DNA from: Botryllus schlosseri
Lineage: Eukaryota
DNA: 60,000 nucleotides
Assembly: GCA_051294905.1 (NCBI GenBank)
Contig: CM119372.1
Location: 21,516,001-21,576,000 of the forward strand
Reading direction: 5' to 3'
In this document: positions 39,842-53,244 of the stretch, one piece after another
Layout: each line of letters starts with the position of its first letter
How positions within the stretch are numbered: position 1 is the first letter of the stretch
Program-made: the position numbers and the translations under genes
Notes under the pieces: generated by a model
Database searches by the model: none
What the model was told of the DNA's origin: nothing
Seen by the model: only the letters and a program-made list of their open reading frames with translations

Positions 39842-40982
39842 CAGGGCTGAGGAGTGAGGAGTCGGTGAAGTAGGAGTTTTACTGATTTTTTGTTTGATGG
39901 AGTCTGAGTTTGAATCTCAAACATTTAGCACGCCTTGGAGTCAGAGTGGTAATACTATAGTGGCTGGAGTCGGGGTCGTAGTTTGTGAAAATGACCCGGA
40001 CTCCTACTCCAACTTCTTTATTATGAAAACAATTGGACATTATTTGCAAATTGCAATTCATAGTTGCATAGAAGTAGAAAATCGCAATCTGCATTTTTGT
40101 GATGCAGTCAAAAATTGATGCAATTTAGGAATTATACCATGTTACTGTAACAGAGTAAATACATCGTCTGGTTTTGTAAAATTCTAGAATTGATGTAAAC
40201 ATAACCAAACACTTCATTTCCACTTGACAAAATTAAAAATATTTGTAGTGTGTAGCTCAGCTGCTTGGGTCGAACAAATGACTAAGAAAGACTGCAAGTC
40301 CTAGTACTTGAATACCTGACTAAGTGCATGTAGACTAGACATATGCTATTTGACTACTTCCTAAATTTCGTTTCTGACCAATGTTTATTAGTAGTGAGTG
40401 TGTGTGCTTGTAATTAGTATGATGTGTGATGAGAAAATTATTATTGTTACATCTCTGTATTAGTTGCTGACACATACACAAGTGCTATATTTTAATTGTT
40501 TTATCTACATTTTAATCGTAGATGATTGGATATATGTCATGTTTGAACTTTGGATGATTCCTACATACCAGGGTATTAGAGCGTCCGCATTATAAAAAAC
40601 TTATAAAATATTTTTAAAAAAATATTTAGAAATGCATTCTTCCATGTTAATTTCATAGTGAATAATTTGAGCTGTGCCACAATGAAACAATTTTGCATGC
40701 AAAATTATGGCATGCATGCCATCGTTAATTATATGTTTGCATATGTTCAATGGTTATATGATAGTCAGTGAACTGTCACTGTGGCATATAATTTTCAAAG
40801 TAAATTGGTAACACTGTTGGAGTCAGAGTTCTCTTAAGAAAATAGTCGGAGCCGGAGTCGGTACGCTTAAAGACTCGGGAGTCGGACTATTGAAGAAGTC
40901 AGGAGTTGGAGTTGGAGTCCATGGATATCTATAGATATCGCTGTTGGAGTCGTTGGTAAAATTTACTGACCCCAAAGCCCTG
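39842..40982 (+). mobile_element. Older (GGAGTC)n MITE copy
   Basis: cagggctg...agccctg; colinear with 22191-25896 minus its inserts. Confidence 0.8.
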
Positions 40983-41653
40983 GTGGAACTGGGCTTATCC
41001 AAAATTGATTCAACTGCAGCTTCACGACGGTGGCCAAAACTTTTTACGATCTATGCTTCAATTTGATACCACATCATTTTTAGAGCACAGTTCCCCTTTC
41101 ATATGATTTCAGCGTAATGTTTGGGATAACGAAATCGATGTGGATCTTGTGACAATTTAGTAAGTAGAAGTAAGAATTTTAAGGCATTCCGAAACTATGG
41201 TTTAAGTAGATGTACTATTAAGATGTCTGTTAATTACTCAAGTGGCCTCAAGAACTAGGCGGGGATGCGTCATCACTGACTTGTCAGACAATTGCCGGTG
41301 ACAGCTTTCAAAATAGTTCTATGGACCGTCGCGAGATAGTCAGAATGACTAAGGGAACTAAAAGGGGTGCAGTTTTTGAAAGTATATTCTGTTACCATCG
41401 TACAGGGATAAAGCGCCTTGTTGTCATGACATCTTCACCCTAAAAAATAACGCAAATTAACCAATATTTTTTATTGGGCTTACTTGACATAATGTATAAC
41501 GCAGTAAGCAGTTTAGCGGTAAATCAGTAGAAGTTGAAGTTGTCCAGAAACCAAACCGCTCACTCTCGGACACAAGTGGTGGAAGTACAAAGCGGGAGTG
41601 GTCTGTTACGAACTGCCTTGACGTTACAGAAAGTAAATATCGAATGGGTTTAC

Positions 41654-41789
41654 CAGCTGCAATGTCCAACATGAGGCTCAACTCGTCATTACTGATCAAA
41701 TCCAATGAATGCTCCACGAGCGACTCATTTGCAACGGCTTTCAGCGCGGACTGATCTTTGTCGTAATTCTGAGCCAATTCCGTATATGC
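41654..41789 (-). CDS. METTL27: METTL27-like exon 2 (AYTELAQNYDKDQ...SLMLDIAA)
   Basis: ctttgcttcag|GCA phase 0; GCT G|gtaaac phase 1; Y...A..YD.D motif and first half of SAM motif I. Confidence 0.85.
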
Positions 41790-41849
41790 CTGAAGCAAAG
41801 ATCCACTTAGGTCACGCTCAAACTTGTCATGTGATTGAAAACATTAATT

Positions 41850-43161
41850 CAGTAGTTCCCAACCTTTCTAGACTCATCGCCCCCTTGTCAAGCGCGACAT
41901 AAATTTTCGCCCCCCAATAATTACAGATTCGAAAAAGAGGACATATATATACGGGAAATTTATTCAATTAACTCTGATCGCTGGTGAATTGACAAAAAAG
42001 TTCATTTATTCGAGTAGGTGCTCGAAAAGACGGTTTTCCCGTCTACCTTCCGTTGAGTTGACCTTTTTTAGTCAACTTTCGCGTCATATGCAGAATAAGC
42101 CGCGTCTTCACGTGCATTTTTTGGCTGTGTTAATTAAATAGGGAAAGATGTGGTACCGAGGAGACACTGGGACCGAAAATACTTGAAAAATTCTCCGTGA
42201 TAATCCCATGCTTACACTCCGTGAATTTGTCTACAATTGCATGCTGGCAGAATCTTTCCTCACATGCAAAAAACTTCGACATGCTTGAGTTATGGGGTCT
42301 TTGACAGATGTTTTCTGTTTTGGGGGGTGTAAAATAAATTTCGATCGACGCATCCATTTTTCTTTGTAACATTCAACACGAACAAACCAGAAATAATTTT
42401 TAATGTGAAGTGTAGTGCTTTTACCATACACGTAAAGGCACATTGTTGTTATTCAATACCATCCTTGGGTGGACTTTTTTCAATTCAAATACTTAATTTA
42501 TAGAATTGAGTCCAACGATACCAGAGCCAAATCAATCAAAATAGTTGGACAAACTAGTCATGCAACAACAGAAATACGCCTACACAGATAGACGCTGTGT
42601 TCAACAATTACCTGTGATGTCTTATCGCTCTAATGAGCTATTTGAAAGTCAAAATTTTGATTTACGGACAATGTGTATGTACCCTCAAATTTGTAAGTTT
42701 GTGCCTGAATCGAAACGTGATTACATGACAACATTTGAGGTAGTATTTATCCTATTTTCTCGACGATTGCGACCAAACATTCTTTTTTTGGCTAAGAATA
42801 GTTGGAACATTTAGCTTTTTCAGCGTATGTCTCATAGGTTCCCAGTTCGTGTTCATTCCTAGATTTCCGACCCACCGGGGGGGACCGACGATACGTTTAA
42901 GCAACAAACAACGTTCATCGATATTATTTTATTGGTGAATATTCATGCATATAAATCCGGCAGGTAGAGCTTGTATCAAAGTGTTGAGCCAGCTCCTATC
43001 GGCTGAAGATTTGGAGCCCAGTGATCATTTTGCAATTCTTGATCCAACAATACCCCATCTCCCGTATATGTCAAAGGACGTTCTAACATTTTCACCCCCA
43101 TCGCCCCCTTGGGTGTTTTCACCCCCCTGTTTCTCAAAATCGCCCACGTTGGGAACCACTG
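41850..43161. mobile_element. hAT MITE hosting a TA-type MITE
   Basis: TIR cagt.gttcccaac; perfect TSD cattaatt. Confidence 0.85.
42141..43064. mobile_element. Diverged copy of the 2207-3168 MITE
   Basis: Colinear; TA on both flanks. Confidence 0.8.
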
Positions 43162-44826
43162 CATTAATTCATAATCTTATTTGCGATCATCTCGTGATTG
43201 AGCTTGCAATTAAACTGAGAGGTCTGCTATTCCAAAACATATTCTTATCTTTTCGTCGTTTAACTCGCCGGAGCAATGATAGATTCATGTGAAGGACTCG
43301 AATTGCAATCAGGTATCAAATAATTTTGTTTAAATTTGAGGGACCATAATTTTGACTGGAACGAAGGAGATCCCACGGAGATTAAACGGCTCAGATGATG
43401 AGATGAACATCACAGACAGACGATCACACTAGGCCTACTTTATAACTGCCGTCAAAAACAACAATGGTATACCGCTATAAAGAGTGGTTCCCAAAGTGGG
43501 CGATTTTGAGACGCAGCGGGCGAAAATTACGAAGGAAGTGGGGGGGGGGGGGTGAAAACTTTAGAACGTTCAGTCAATTGTAATTACTTAACATAACAAA
43601 TTTGCTTCACATTACACCCAGGCGTGTAGTCAGCCCCAAAAAGGAGGGGGTTCGCAAAATAGATGGAGTTTGGATATTTTTCAAATTTACCAGTGTGGCA
43701 TCAATTCACTAGGATTATGCAGAAATGACAATAATGCATGCTTCTCGTGTTGACGAACTTGCGCGCATGATAAGTTTAGCAGCTAGTTCCGCAGTGTTGT
43801 CAATTAGCGATCCTTGATCTCTCGTCAACAATTAGCGTAAAACGCAAGCTCGTCGATGATTTTCGCAAATCTAAATGTCCAAGTCTGTTGTGGAATCTGT
43901 TCTACCACGCTGTTATAAGCACCAAACCATGGTTTTACTGATAAATAATAATAATGATAATAATAATGCTCTGTAACGACACCGATTTAATGTGTTTCAG
44001 ACCTTCCACATCTTTGATAACTCGAGCCTTGGCACACATTTTCTTTTATCGGTTTGTTTTAGCATTAGCGGAAATCTATATACGCACGTTGGAGTCTGTT
44101 AGCGGTGATTTGATGTCTCGATGTCACTTTTGAACCAGTATGACATAACAATTGCTGATCAGTAGGCCTGTGCTGGGCTGGGCAATGGACATGGACCGGG
44201 CCGGATTAGATAACCGACCGGATTCTCTCATTTTTGGCCCGATCAGTAATTTTTTTTGATACGGCTGGAGTGGGATCGGAGCTCCCGGATCAGTACATTT
44301 GACTAAGAAGAAGACAGCCACCCTCGAGTCAATAGTTTTTTTGTTTTTGTTTTTGAGGTATTCATGGTGTTTGTCGACTGGAATCCGTCCTAGAAGTCGG
44401 GGCCGGATTCGGAATAGAGCTTTAACAAACAGGATAGGAGTAGGACCAGAGAATTAGGCTACTGGATTCGCCCAGCACTAAGGCCTATGCACCTGTCACT
44501 TGTCTCCACCAATATACCAGTGTTACCCAAACTTTTGTATGCGTGTACTATTTCGAGCATTTTACTCAGCTCACGTCCCTCCTTGTTTTCTCGGCCAAGA
44601 CAGAGGCAATTAACTCGAAAGTGCTGACGGCCCCTTTTTTAAGATTGATTAAAAGTTGACAGCAAAAATAGTTTGATAGGATGGAAAGATTTGGTTCGGA
44701 GTATTTTGAAATTGTTGCATGGCTTGATAATCACTAATACCTAAGATGGCAAATCACGCGTAGAGCAGGAAGTATTTTCATGGATTTGATATATTCGTTC
44801 AGAAAATTTCTTGTAATTGTAATAAA

Positions 44827-45675
44827 TAGGGCGTTTTTTTACCTAAAAACGGAAGATTTTGACCTAAAGAATAAGAATTTTGACATTTTTTTACCTAAAA
44901 AAACTTTATTTTAACCAAATTTTTACCTAACGTATGCAAATTAGGTGTTTCTCCCACATAATGTTAGAATCGTACTACCTATCTTAATTTCCGGTAGGAA
45001 CTGTCTGTCCTTACGAAGTAGTTTGGCATGAAAAAACTTTTTTGACTCGAAACCTGACAAAATTTATATGAAAAACTTTATTTAACAATATCTGGCCCTA
45101 TGAGGAATTCTAGTAGCTACATCACCTATTATGGTAGAAATAATTGAAATTAATTGTAGTACAATGAAAGATACTTTCCTACATTCTAAAGTAGAAAGTG
45201 TCTGTCCTTACTAAGTAGCTTGCCAAGAATGGAAAAAGAACGTTCAACAGCAGCAGTTGTTGGCTGACAACGCTGAAGTTGTGCGTACACTGCTGGTTAC
45301 ACAACGTGTTGCTTCGTTGTGACAATGGTATACACACAGTGTACAATTTTTCATCATGCGCTTCTTAATATAAGAGCCATGCAATGTTCACGCAGTCTTG
45401 ATTCAGTTAGGATATTGCGGTAGGTTGAGCATAACTCATTGTCAAGCAATTTGTTTCATTTGAATGTGTATGATTCACAATGAGCAAACAATGGGCCGTC
45501 TACAACGGCAGTAGGTCTATAAAGTAGGCTACAAGCTGTAAAATGTCAAATGATAAGTTTACCAACAGTGAAAAATCTACGATACAAACCAAATGCAGGC
45601 TGCCAAAAAAATTTGACTTTGTAAACAATTTTGACATTTTTTGACCTAACGCTACAATTTTGACAAAGTTTTGAC
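44827..45675. mobile_element. Truncated tagggcg MITE (TTTTGAC/TTTTTAC repeats)
   Basis: Reverse complement of 49994-50882; right end replaced by a Penelope fragment. Confidence 0.8.
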
Positions 45676-45958
45676 TTCGAATCGTTGGGCGGGGCCGTTC
45701 ACAATTCCATTTGTGTGCCTTGGAGTCGACTTTTATCAAAATACACCAACCAAAACTCTGTCATCAAAAGGAGTTCGTGCACCACCTAAAAATAGTACAT
45801 TGAACGCTCTCTCTTTCATGCTGGTGACGTCATATTTTGTGATACGATTGTTGATATACAATGTTCTTTCCAATTCCCTACTAGTTGCTGACGATTACCC
45901 CTGACGAGTGTCAGCCAAAAATATTAAGGTCCATTTCAATATGAATATACTATTCAAC
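45676..45958 (+). mobile_element. Penelope-like 3' fragment with inactivated hammerhead (45887-45930)
   Basis: FRIVGRGRSQFHLCALESTFIKIHQPKLC; core GAAA reads AAAA. Confidence 0.85.
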
Positions 45959-47962
45959 TATAAGAAAACTGAAAGAAAAACTTTCGTGAGACGCACACAC
46001 AAAATGTCATTTCTTCACGGGGCGCATCATTTTTCTCTTTGGGTGCCCAGGATGTCATTTGTATTGTGGGACTCAAATTGGGAGGACAGGATCATTAGTC
46101 ACCCCCATCCAGCGCGATTATGGACAATAGACAACGAACGTTTTGGCCAAAGTAGCACACTTCGTGGAGTCACATGTTGGCCGAAACTGCTTATGTCTTG
46201 GAATGTCGTGGCGCGCACCGAAATACCCATTTCTATAAATTACGCATCTTTTTCTTAGGGAGAAGATATTTAGATATTTAGCGACACTAAATCGCTAAGC
46301 GTGAACAAAATTTGCAAGTTCACTAAATCTCTCGAAAATACTCTCTATGTCAGGGGTTCTCAGCCCTTTCTTGGCCGTGGCCCATTTTCCGGTTTAAAAA
46401 TGTGCTGTGGCCCACCTGATATTTTAGAGTCATATTCCTGTTTAATGCGTGGTCATGGACAGCGCTGATATGCCTATTTCTCTAAAATATGTGCATTTTT
46501 CTTTAACTGATGATATTTAAATCTCGATCTTCCGGGATATGAAATCGCGCAAAGCGCGAAAAAAAATTCAAGTTGAATAAATATCCTCCAACAAACGACC
46601 ACCGAAATAATCTTGGGCCCCTTCGAGTTCCCCCAATTTTGGGTGTGGATGCGGCAATTACGGCCCTGGTAGATCATCAGCTAAAACTCCTAAGTAGATT
46701 ATTTTTGTCCGCTGCTTCATTCGCGTCGCGAAACACAATGATCAGATCCCCACACTGCGTGATTGGGACTTTAGTGATACTATTGTGGGGAATATTATAA
46801 TCGTTCTGGGCCAGCATCGAACAATTCGTTGGTGAATGGGGTACTACAGAGAAGTGACGAAAGATTTTTCAATATGCATGCATGATGTACTTTGTATGTC
46901 TTGTACCAAAACAACTGAAGTTGCGATGTCAGAATATTCAATCCAATGATACAATTTATTCCTGTGACTCTTTCATTATGTACAATGATTTCCAGGCCGG
47001 ACATTTTAAACCGACTTCAAAGATTAATGCGCTCCGATAAATCCTCAATCCATTAAGATTTGTTGCGGTGGTGCAGTATACCTCCGCCAGAAGTTGCTAA
47101 TAATTTGCAGTTATGGCTATTTTTAGCTTACAATAATACGGCCTGCCGTAGTACAGTAAATCTGTACATCAATTGCACTTCATTGCGAGTTCATTGCATA
47201 CCCCTTTCAACGGCATACGACATATGACCCAGCCAGAATACTTGGTTACTTCAGCATTATCTTCCAGTTATTATACGCTTGAAATTATTTTAGTTGCTGT
47301 TAGCCGTAGGTTGTCATAGCCAATGTTCCCTCTAATTTTTCAAGAGTCTGCGCAAACACGCCAACTCACTGCGCAGGCCCTTGGACAACAGTGCGCAACC
47401 ACCCTCCAATAGGGTGATAAGACTAACTACTGGGGGGCTTCGCCCCCCAGACCCCCCTACGGCTCTAGGCTTCTTCCGGTACTTATCATGTACATTGGGT
47501 GCCCATGCGTCCCTAAACGCGCGAAGCGCGAAAAAGTTTCTATAATTCATGATTGCATCGGCCAATATGATTGGGAATTGCATATATATTGCTGTCAATT
47601 TTTATCTTCTCCCTGCTTACATAATCAGATTTACCGGTAGAGCTGATCCAGCGAGGTGTGTTGGAATAGATAGGCCCTCTAAATAATAATAAAACATCTT
47701 CGGGTGTAGCCGTTGATATGATGACTTCGTTACGTGATGCTATTTCGTGACCCCCTATCTGCTATGTCAAAAGATATTGAAATCGCCAAAACGTACTAAA
47801 GTAAAAGACGTACACGATTTCAAATTGGTATTTCTTCACTGGGAAATGATTTTCCCACGATATGGCATTTGTCTTGTTGTGGGACTCGGATCGCCAGCAC
47901 AGGAACATTCGGCGCCAGCCATTTTGGCGCCCATGGACATGAACAATTACACATATATTTGT

Positions 47963-48247
47963 ACAGCTTCTTCAAGGTACAGAACTTCAATATACAATTG
48001 AGTAGTCTATTCATATTGAAATGAACCCGAATAGGCTGTGTCAACAAAAAGAGTTCGTGTATCATCTAAAAATAGTACATTGAACGCTCTCGTATTCGAC
48101 ATTTCGTGCTGGTGACGTCATATTTTGTGTTACGATTGTTGATACACGCTGTTCTTTCGAATTCTCTACTAGTTGCTGACGATTACCCCTGACGAGTGTC
48201 AGCCGAAAATATTCGAGTTCATTTCAATATGAATATACTATTCAATT
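47963..48247 (+). mobile_element. Penelope pLTR fragment with inverted 5' segment
   Basis: 47963-48033 is the reverse complement of the pLTR tail; flanked by direct repeat acatatatttgt; absent from the sister D copy near 51115. Confidence 0.85.
48175..48218 (+). ncRNA. Minimal hammerhead ribozyme motif (core intact, one stem I mismatch)
   Basis: accc-CTGACGA-g-tgtcagc-c-GAAA-atat-TC-gagt. Confidence 0.7.
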
Positions 48248-49421
48248 ACATATATTTGTTTATATCGAAGTTTTCGGTCAGCACCAGGGCAATCTTTTTC
48301 GCCCGAGGTTTTCTCGCTGCTGATCGTTCTGGCGCACTTCTTGGATTCGCATGTTACATAGCCTTTAACTTCATATGTCTTGGCGCGTCATGGTGCGGTA
48401 ATGGCCGACGCCCAACTGCCCATTTCTTTAAATCATTCCTAATTTTTGTTGGGAAAGGGTACCCAATAATCAGATATCTTACAATAATAAAACGCGCGTA
48501 GCGCGAAAAAAAATTCCTGAAAAATTTCAAAAAATACACCATGATTTGTGTAAATTCTCGAAATAATTTTGGACCCCCTTCGAGCTCGGCCCCTGTGATT
48601 GGCGGGTTTGGGGTGCGAAAGTTACGGCCCTGAGTAAATCTTACGCAATGTTCATGCCACGCGGAGAAGACTATCATTCGTTAGTTTCTCGCAGATTAAC
48701 TTCGAGCTAGCCCACTATTTATAACTTTGTTAAACCATGTTATTTCGCCATTCCCTGAGGCCATACTAAAAAAATATCTTCCTTGAGGCGCAGGTGATTG
48801 TGAACTCTTCACGGAGCGCAATAGTTACCTTTGCGGGGAGCACTTGTACCTCGGTTTCAGACTTCAGTGATAACACTATTTGGCCCTGGCAATGTTCCAT
48901 CTTAATTTTCACGAATCTGCGCGCCTGCGTGGTCCATTGGACAACAGTGCGCAACAACTATAAAATAAAACATCATTTCTGATTTTTTGTGCGCAGCGTA
49001 GATTTTCTGTGCGCAGAGACCGTTTCAGCACTGCGCATTTGCGCACGTGCGCAGCTTAGAGGGAACATTGGTCATAGCCACTAGAAGAAGCCACCGTTTC
49101 TCCCTAACGTTTTCGATTTGTACATGCTGACTTCGTACGTGCCACTGTACGTCTAGTCAGAGTCGGATGAACAACTTTATGTAGCCTACGTATAATTAGA
49201 TAATATGAATATATTTTTAGCGAATAACGTAAGAAATATAACTAAACCTACATTAATTTTGAAATTTTCTAAATAGCTCTGTGGCCCACCTCAAAATGCT
49301 CTGTGGCCCACCAGTGGGCCATGGCCCACCCTTTGAGAACCCCTGCTCTATGTTGATTTACGAAATAATTTTGTGTCTCCTTCGAGCTCGCTCCCAGTAT
49401 ATTTGGAGGTTTGGTTACGGC

Positions 49422-51754
49422 CAATGTTCCCTCTAAGCTGCGCACGTGCGCAAATGCGCAGTGCTGACACGGTCTCTGCGCACAGAAAATCCAAGCTGCG
49501 CACAAAAATCCGAAGTGATGTTTTTTTTTAGTCGTTCCGCACTGTTGTCCAATGGACCACGCAGGCGCGTAGGCTCGCGAAAAATTAGATGGAACATTGC
49601 CAGGGCCAAATAGTGTTATCACTGAAGTCGGAAACCGAGGTACAAGTTCGGTCCGCAATTGTAAATATTGCGCTCCGTGACGAAATGAGAATTTACAATC
49701 ACGAGCGCCTCACGAAAGAGATTCTTTTAGTATGGTCTTGTACGCGTGAGCGATATAGATATCATTTCAATAGCGCATTATTTTCTGGGAATGGCGAAAT
49801 AACATGGTTTATCAAAGTTATAAATAACACTGTGCTAGCTCGAAGATTTACTCAGGACCGTAACTGCCGCACCCCAAACCCGCCATTTGGAGGGCCGAGC
49901 TCGAATGGGTCCCAAAATTATTTCGTTAAATAACATAAATCATGGTGTATTTTTCGGTACTTTTTTGCGCTGCGTGCGATTTAATATTATAAGTAGGGCG
50001 ATTTTTTTTTGACATATCAAAAAAAGTCAAAATTAGGTCAAAATTGTAGCGTTAGGTCAAAAAATGTCAAAATTGTTTAAAAAGTTGAAACTTTTTTGCA
50101 ACCTGCATTTCATTTGTATCGTAGATTTTGCACTGTCGGTGAACTTATTATTTGACATTTTACAGCTTGTAGCCTACTTTATAGGCCTACCGTTGTAGAC
50201 GGCCCATTGTCTACTCATTGTGAATCATAAACATTCAAATGAAACAAATAGGCTGACGTGGTGTTTGGTCAATGTGCCTCATTATCCCAACTGAAGCAAG
50301 ACTGCGTGGGCATTGCATGGTTCTTATATCAAGAATCGCATGATGAAAAATTGTGATGTAGATAGCATTTTCAAAATGAAGCATCACGGTGTGTCACCAG
50401 CAGTGTACGCACAATTTCAGTGTTGTCAGCCAAAAAGGCTACAACTGCTGCTGCTGAACGTTCTTTCTCCATTCTTGGCACGCTACTTAGTAAGGACAGA
50501 CACTTTCTACCCGAGAATGAAGGAAAGTATCTTTCGTTGTACTACAACAAATTTAAATTATTTCTACCATAATTCGTGATGTAACTACTGGAATTCTCCA
50601 CAGGGCCAGATTTCGTAGAAATACTAGTTTTTTCATGTAAACATTTGTCAGTTTTCAAGACAAAAAAGTGTTTTCAGGTCAAAATACTTCGTAAGGACAG
50701 ACAGTTCCAACCAGAAATGAAGATAAATAGTACAATTTTCACATTATGTGCGAAAACACCTCATTTGCATACGTGAGGTCAAAATTTGGTCAAAATTCAG
50801 TTTTTTTAGGTCAAAAAAAGTCAAAATTTCGATTTTTTAGGTCAAAATCTTTAGTTTTTTAGGTCAAAAATAAATCGCCCTAATTATAAGATATCTTGAA
50901 TATTGGTTACCCTTTCCCAACAAAAAATGCGCATGATTGAAAGAAATGGGCACTTGGGCGTCGGCCATTACCGCACCATGACGCTCCAATACATATGAAG
51001 TTGAAGGCTATGTAACATGTGACTCCGAGAAGTGCGTCAGAACGATCATCAGCGAGAAAACCTTGGCCGAAAAACACTGCCCTTGTGCTGATCGAAAACT
51101 TCGATATATATATACATATATGTTTAATTGTCCGTGTCCATAGGATGGCTAAATGGCTGGGGCCGAATGTCCCTGTCATGGCGATCCGAGTCCAACAACA
51201 GGACAAATTCCAAATTGAGGTAACATTATTTTCCAGTAAAGAAATTCCAATTTAAAATCGTGTACGTCTTTTAGTTTACCACGTTTGGGGGATTTCAATA
51301 TATTTTGACATAGCAGATAGGAGGTCACGAAATAGCATCATATAACGAAGTCATTATACCTACGGGTAGGCTACGCCCGAAGATGTTTTATTATTTTTTA
51401 GAGGGCCTATCTATTCCAACACACCTCACTCGATCAGCTTTACCGGCAAATCTGATTATGTGAGTAGGGAGAGAATAAAAATTATGCAATTCCCGATCAT
51501 ACTGACCTATGCAATCATTAATTATATTTTTTTCGCGCCTCGCGCGTTCAGGCGGCAACAAACACTAAACGGTAACCCAATTTGAATGACAAGCACCGGA
51601 AAAAAGGCCATAGCTCGAGGGGTGTCTTGGGGGCGGAGCCCCCAGAAGTTAGTTTTATCATCCTATGGTAGAGTGGTTGCGCACAGTTGTCCAAGGGCCT
51701 GCGCAGTGAATTGGCGCGTTTGCGCAGACTCGTGGAAAATTAGAGGGAACATTG
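49422..51754 (+). mobile_element. Composite family D MITE (long form)
   Basis: Perfect TSD gttacggc; internal TIR ending ~49599. Confidence 0.9.
49994..50882. mobile_element. tagggcgatt MITE nested in D
   Basis: TIR tagggcgattt; perfect TSD attataag. Confidence 0.9.
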
Positions 51755-51965
51755 GTTACGGCCCTGGTTGGAATACAAATCGTTGGGTGCGAGAAATCGT
51801 CAGCTATAAAGTAGACTAATGGGTGTATTATGACGTAAACATGGCATGACGTCATAACGTCTCATTTAAAAAGAAATTAGTTTTCTTATGAGGCCTTTTC
51901 ATCGCAATCGTTATGTTGTCTTCCATAATGTCTTTGAAGATAAGTTCTAAGAGGCAAAATAAATG

Positions 51966-52112
51966 TAGTCATGAGTAATCTTGGTTACTTTTCCAATGTA
52001 ATCGTAATCGTAATCGACTACTTCCAGATTTTGCTGTAATCGTAATCGTAATCGCGAGATTCAGAAGTAATCGTAATCCTAATCGCAATCGATTGCATTC
52101 ATGAAGTAATCA
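51966..52112. repeat. (GTAATC)n array, probable MITE remnant
   Basis: Several gtaatc runs; no partner TIR found. Confidence 0.55.
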
Positions 52113-53244
52113 TCATTAAATACGCATATTATTGGTGCTACGGCCCGCGGGGCCATCAAAAACTAGGAAATTGGCCCGCAAGCACATTTGAGTTTGAGAC
52201 CCCTGCTTTAAGGCAAGCTATATATTTTTGAATTACAATGATGGTGATGTCAAATAGATATTGCGTGCTGATCATCCTACCAAAGCGTAGAAAATTATTT
52301 CGAAGTTCACAAATTGATAACAATATTTATGTAACTTTTACATTCTCAGACTCTACGATTTTAAAACTTCCTTGGTAGTCTACGGAGTGGAAGTTACGAA
52401 ATGCAAGTTATAAAGCGACAGCGGTCAAATATCATTCGTTTTTATGATATATCAATTGGAACTATTATTAATATTATTATTATACTTCATATGCGCGTTG
52501 CGCAACTTTGTTGTCTTCAAGTAGATGTCGACCGGGGGGGGGGGGAGTAATGAATCGCAATTTGAGATATGTGCAGAACATATTCAGTATGAGCGATTTT
52601 ATGAGGTATGCAATCAATTTTACAAATCGAAAGTAGGATCATTGTCATGTTCTGGCAAAACTGTTGAAGTATGCCAAAAGTATGAAAGTGTGGAAAGAAC
52701 ATTCCATACCATACCATACTTGCACTTCCTCTATTCCATAACGAAATTTCGTTTCATACCATACTATACCATACCGTGCCCTGCCTAGAATCCCCAAAAA
52801 TCAGCCTCGAATTTCGCATTGTGATACAGTTCAGCATTGTGACACAACAATGCTGTCTGACAAATCGAGAGTGCAACTCACGAGCAAGAGCAAGACATCA
52901 TTGTTGCGTTGCAATGCCAAAATCCCTAACAATGGAAAATTCGAGAGTGATTTTGGAAGGGGGGTTCCAGGGCCATAGGCAGAATACAATTGATAATTTT
53001 GTGATCAGTACAGCAGCAGCTTTCCATTGATAACCGTTTTATCAAATTCGACGCTCGGAAAGCCGGTCAAAAATGGCTGTAAAATTGCCTTTGGCCAAAT
53101 AAAAAGTATGAAATAACCCAAATGCAGTGAGCTGTTCAATCTCGCTGTGTCCAGACCATTTAGGACACTATGATTTTTTTCCGCCTGCGGTCATCATCAT
53201 CATCTGAACGTCCCTTTGATCAAGTAATCAAGTGACCTGTGTGT

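Larger units (their letters stand above)
47321..49070 (-). mobile_element. Composite family D MITE (long form, inverted)
   Basis: Perfect TSD gtcatagc; internal TIR at ~48890. Confidence 0.9.
46351..49345. mobile_element. hAT MITE (caggggttctca; GTGGCCCA repeats) hosting family D
   Basis: Perfect TSD ctctatgt. Confidence 0.85.
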
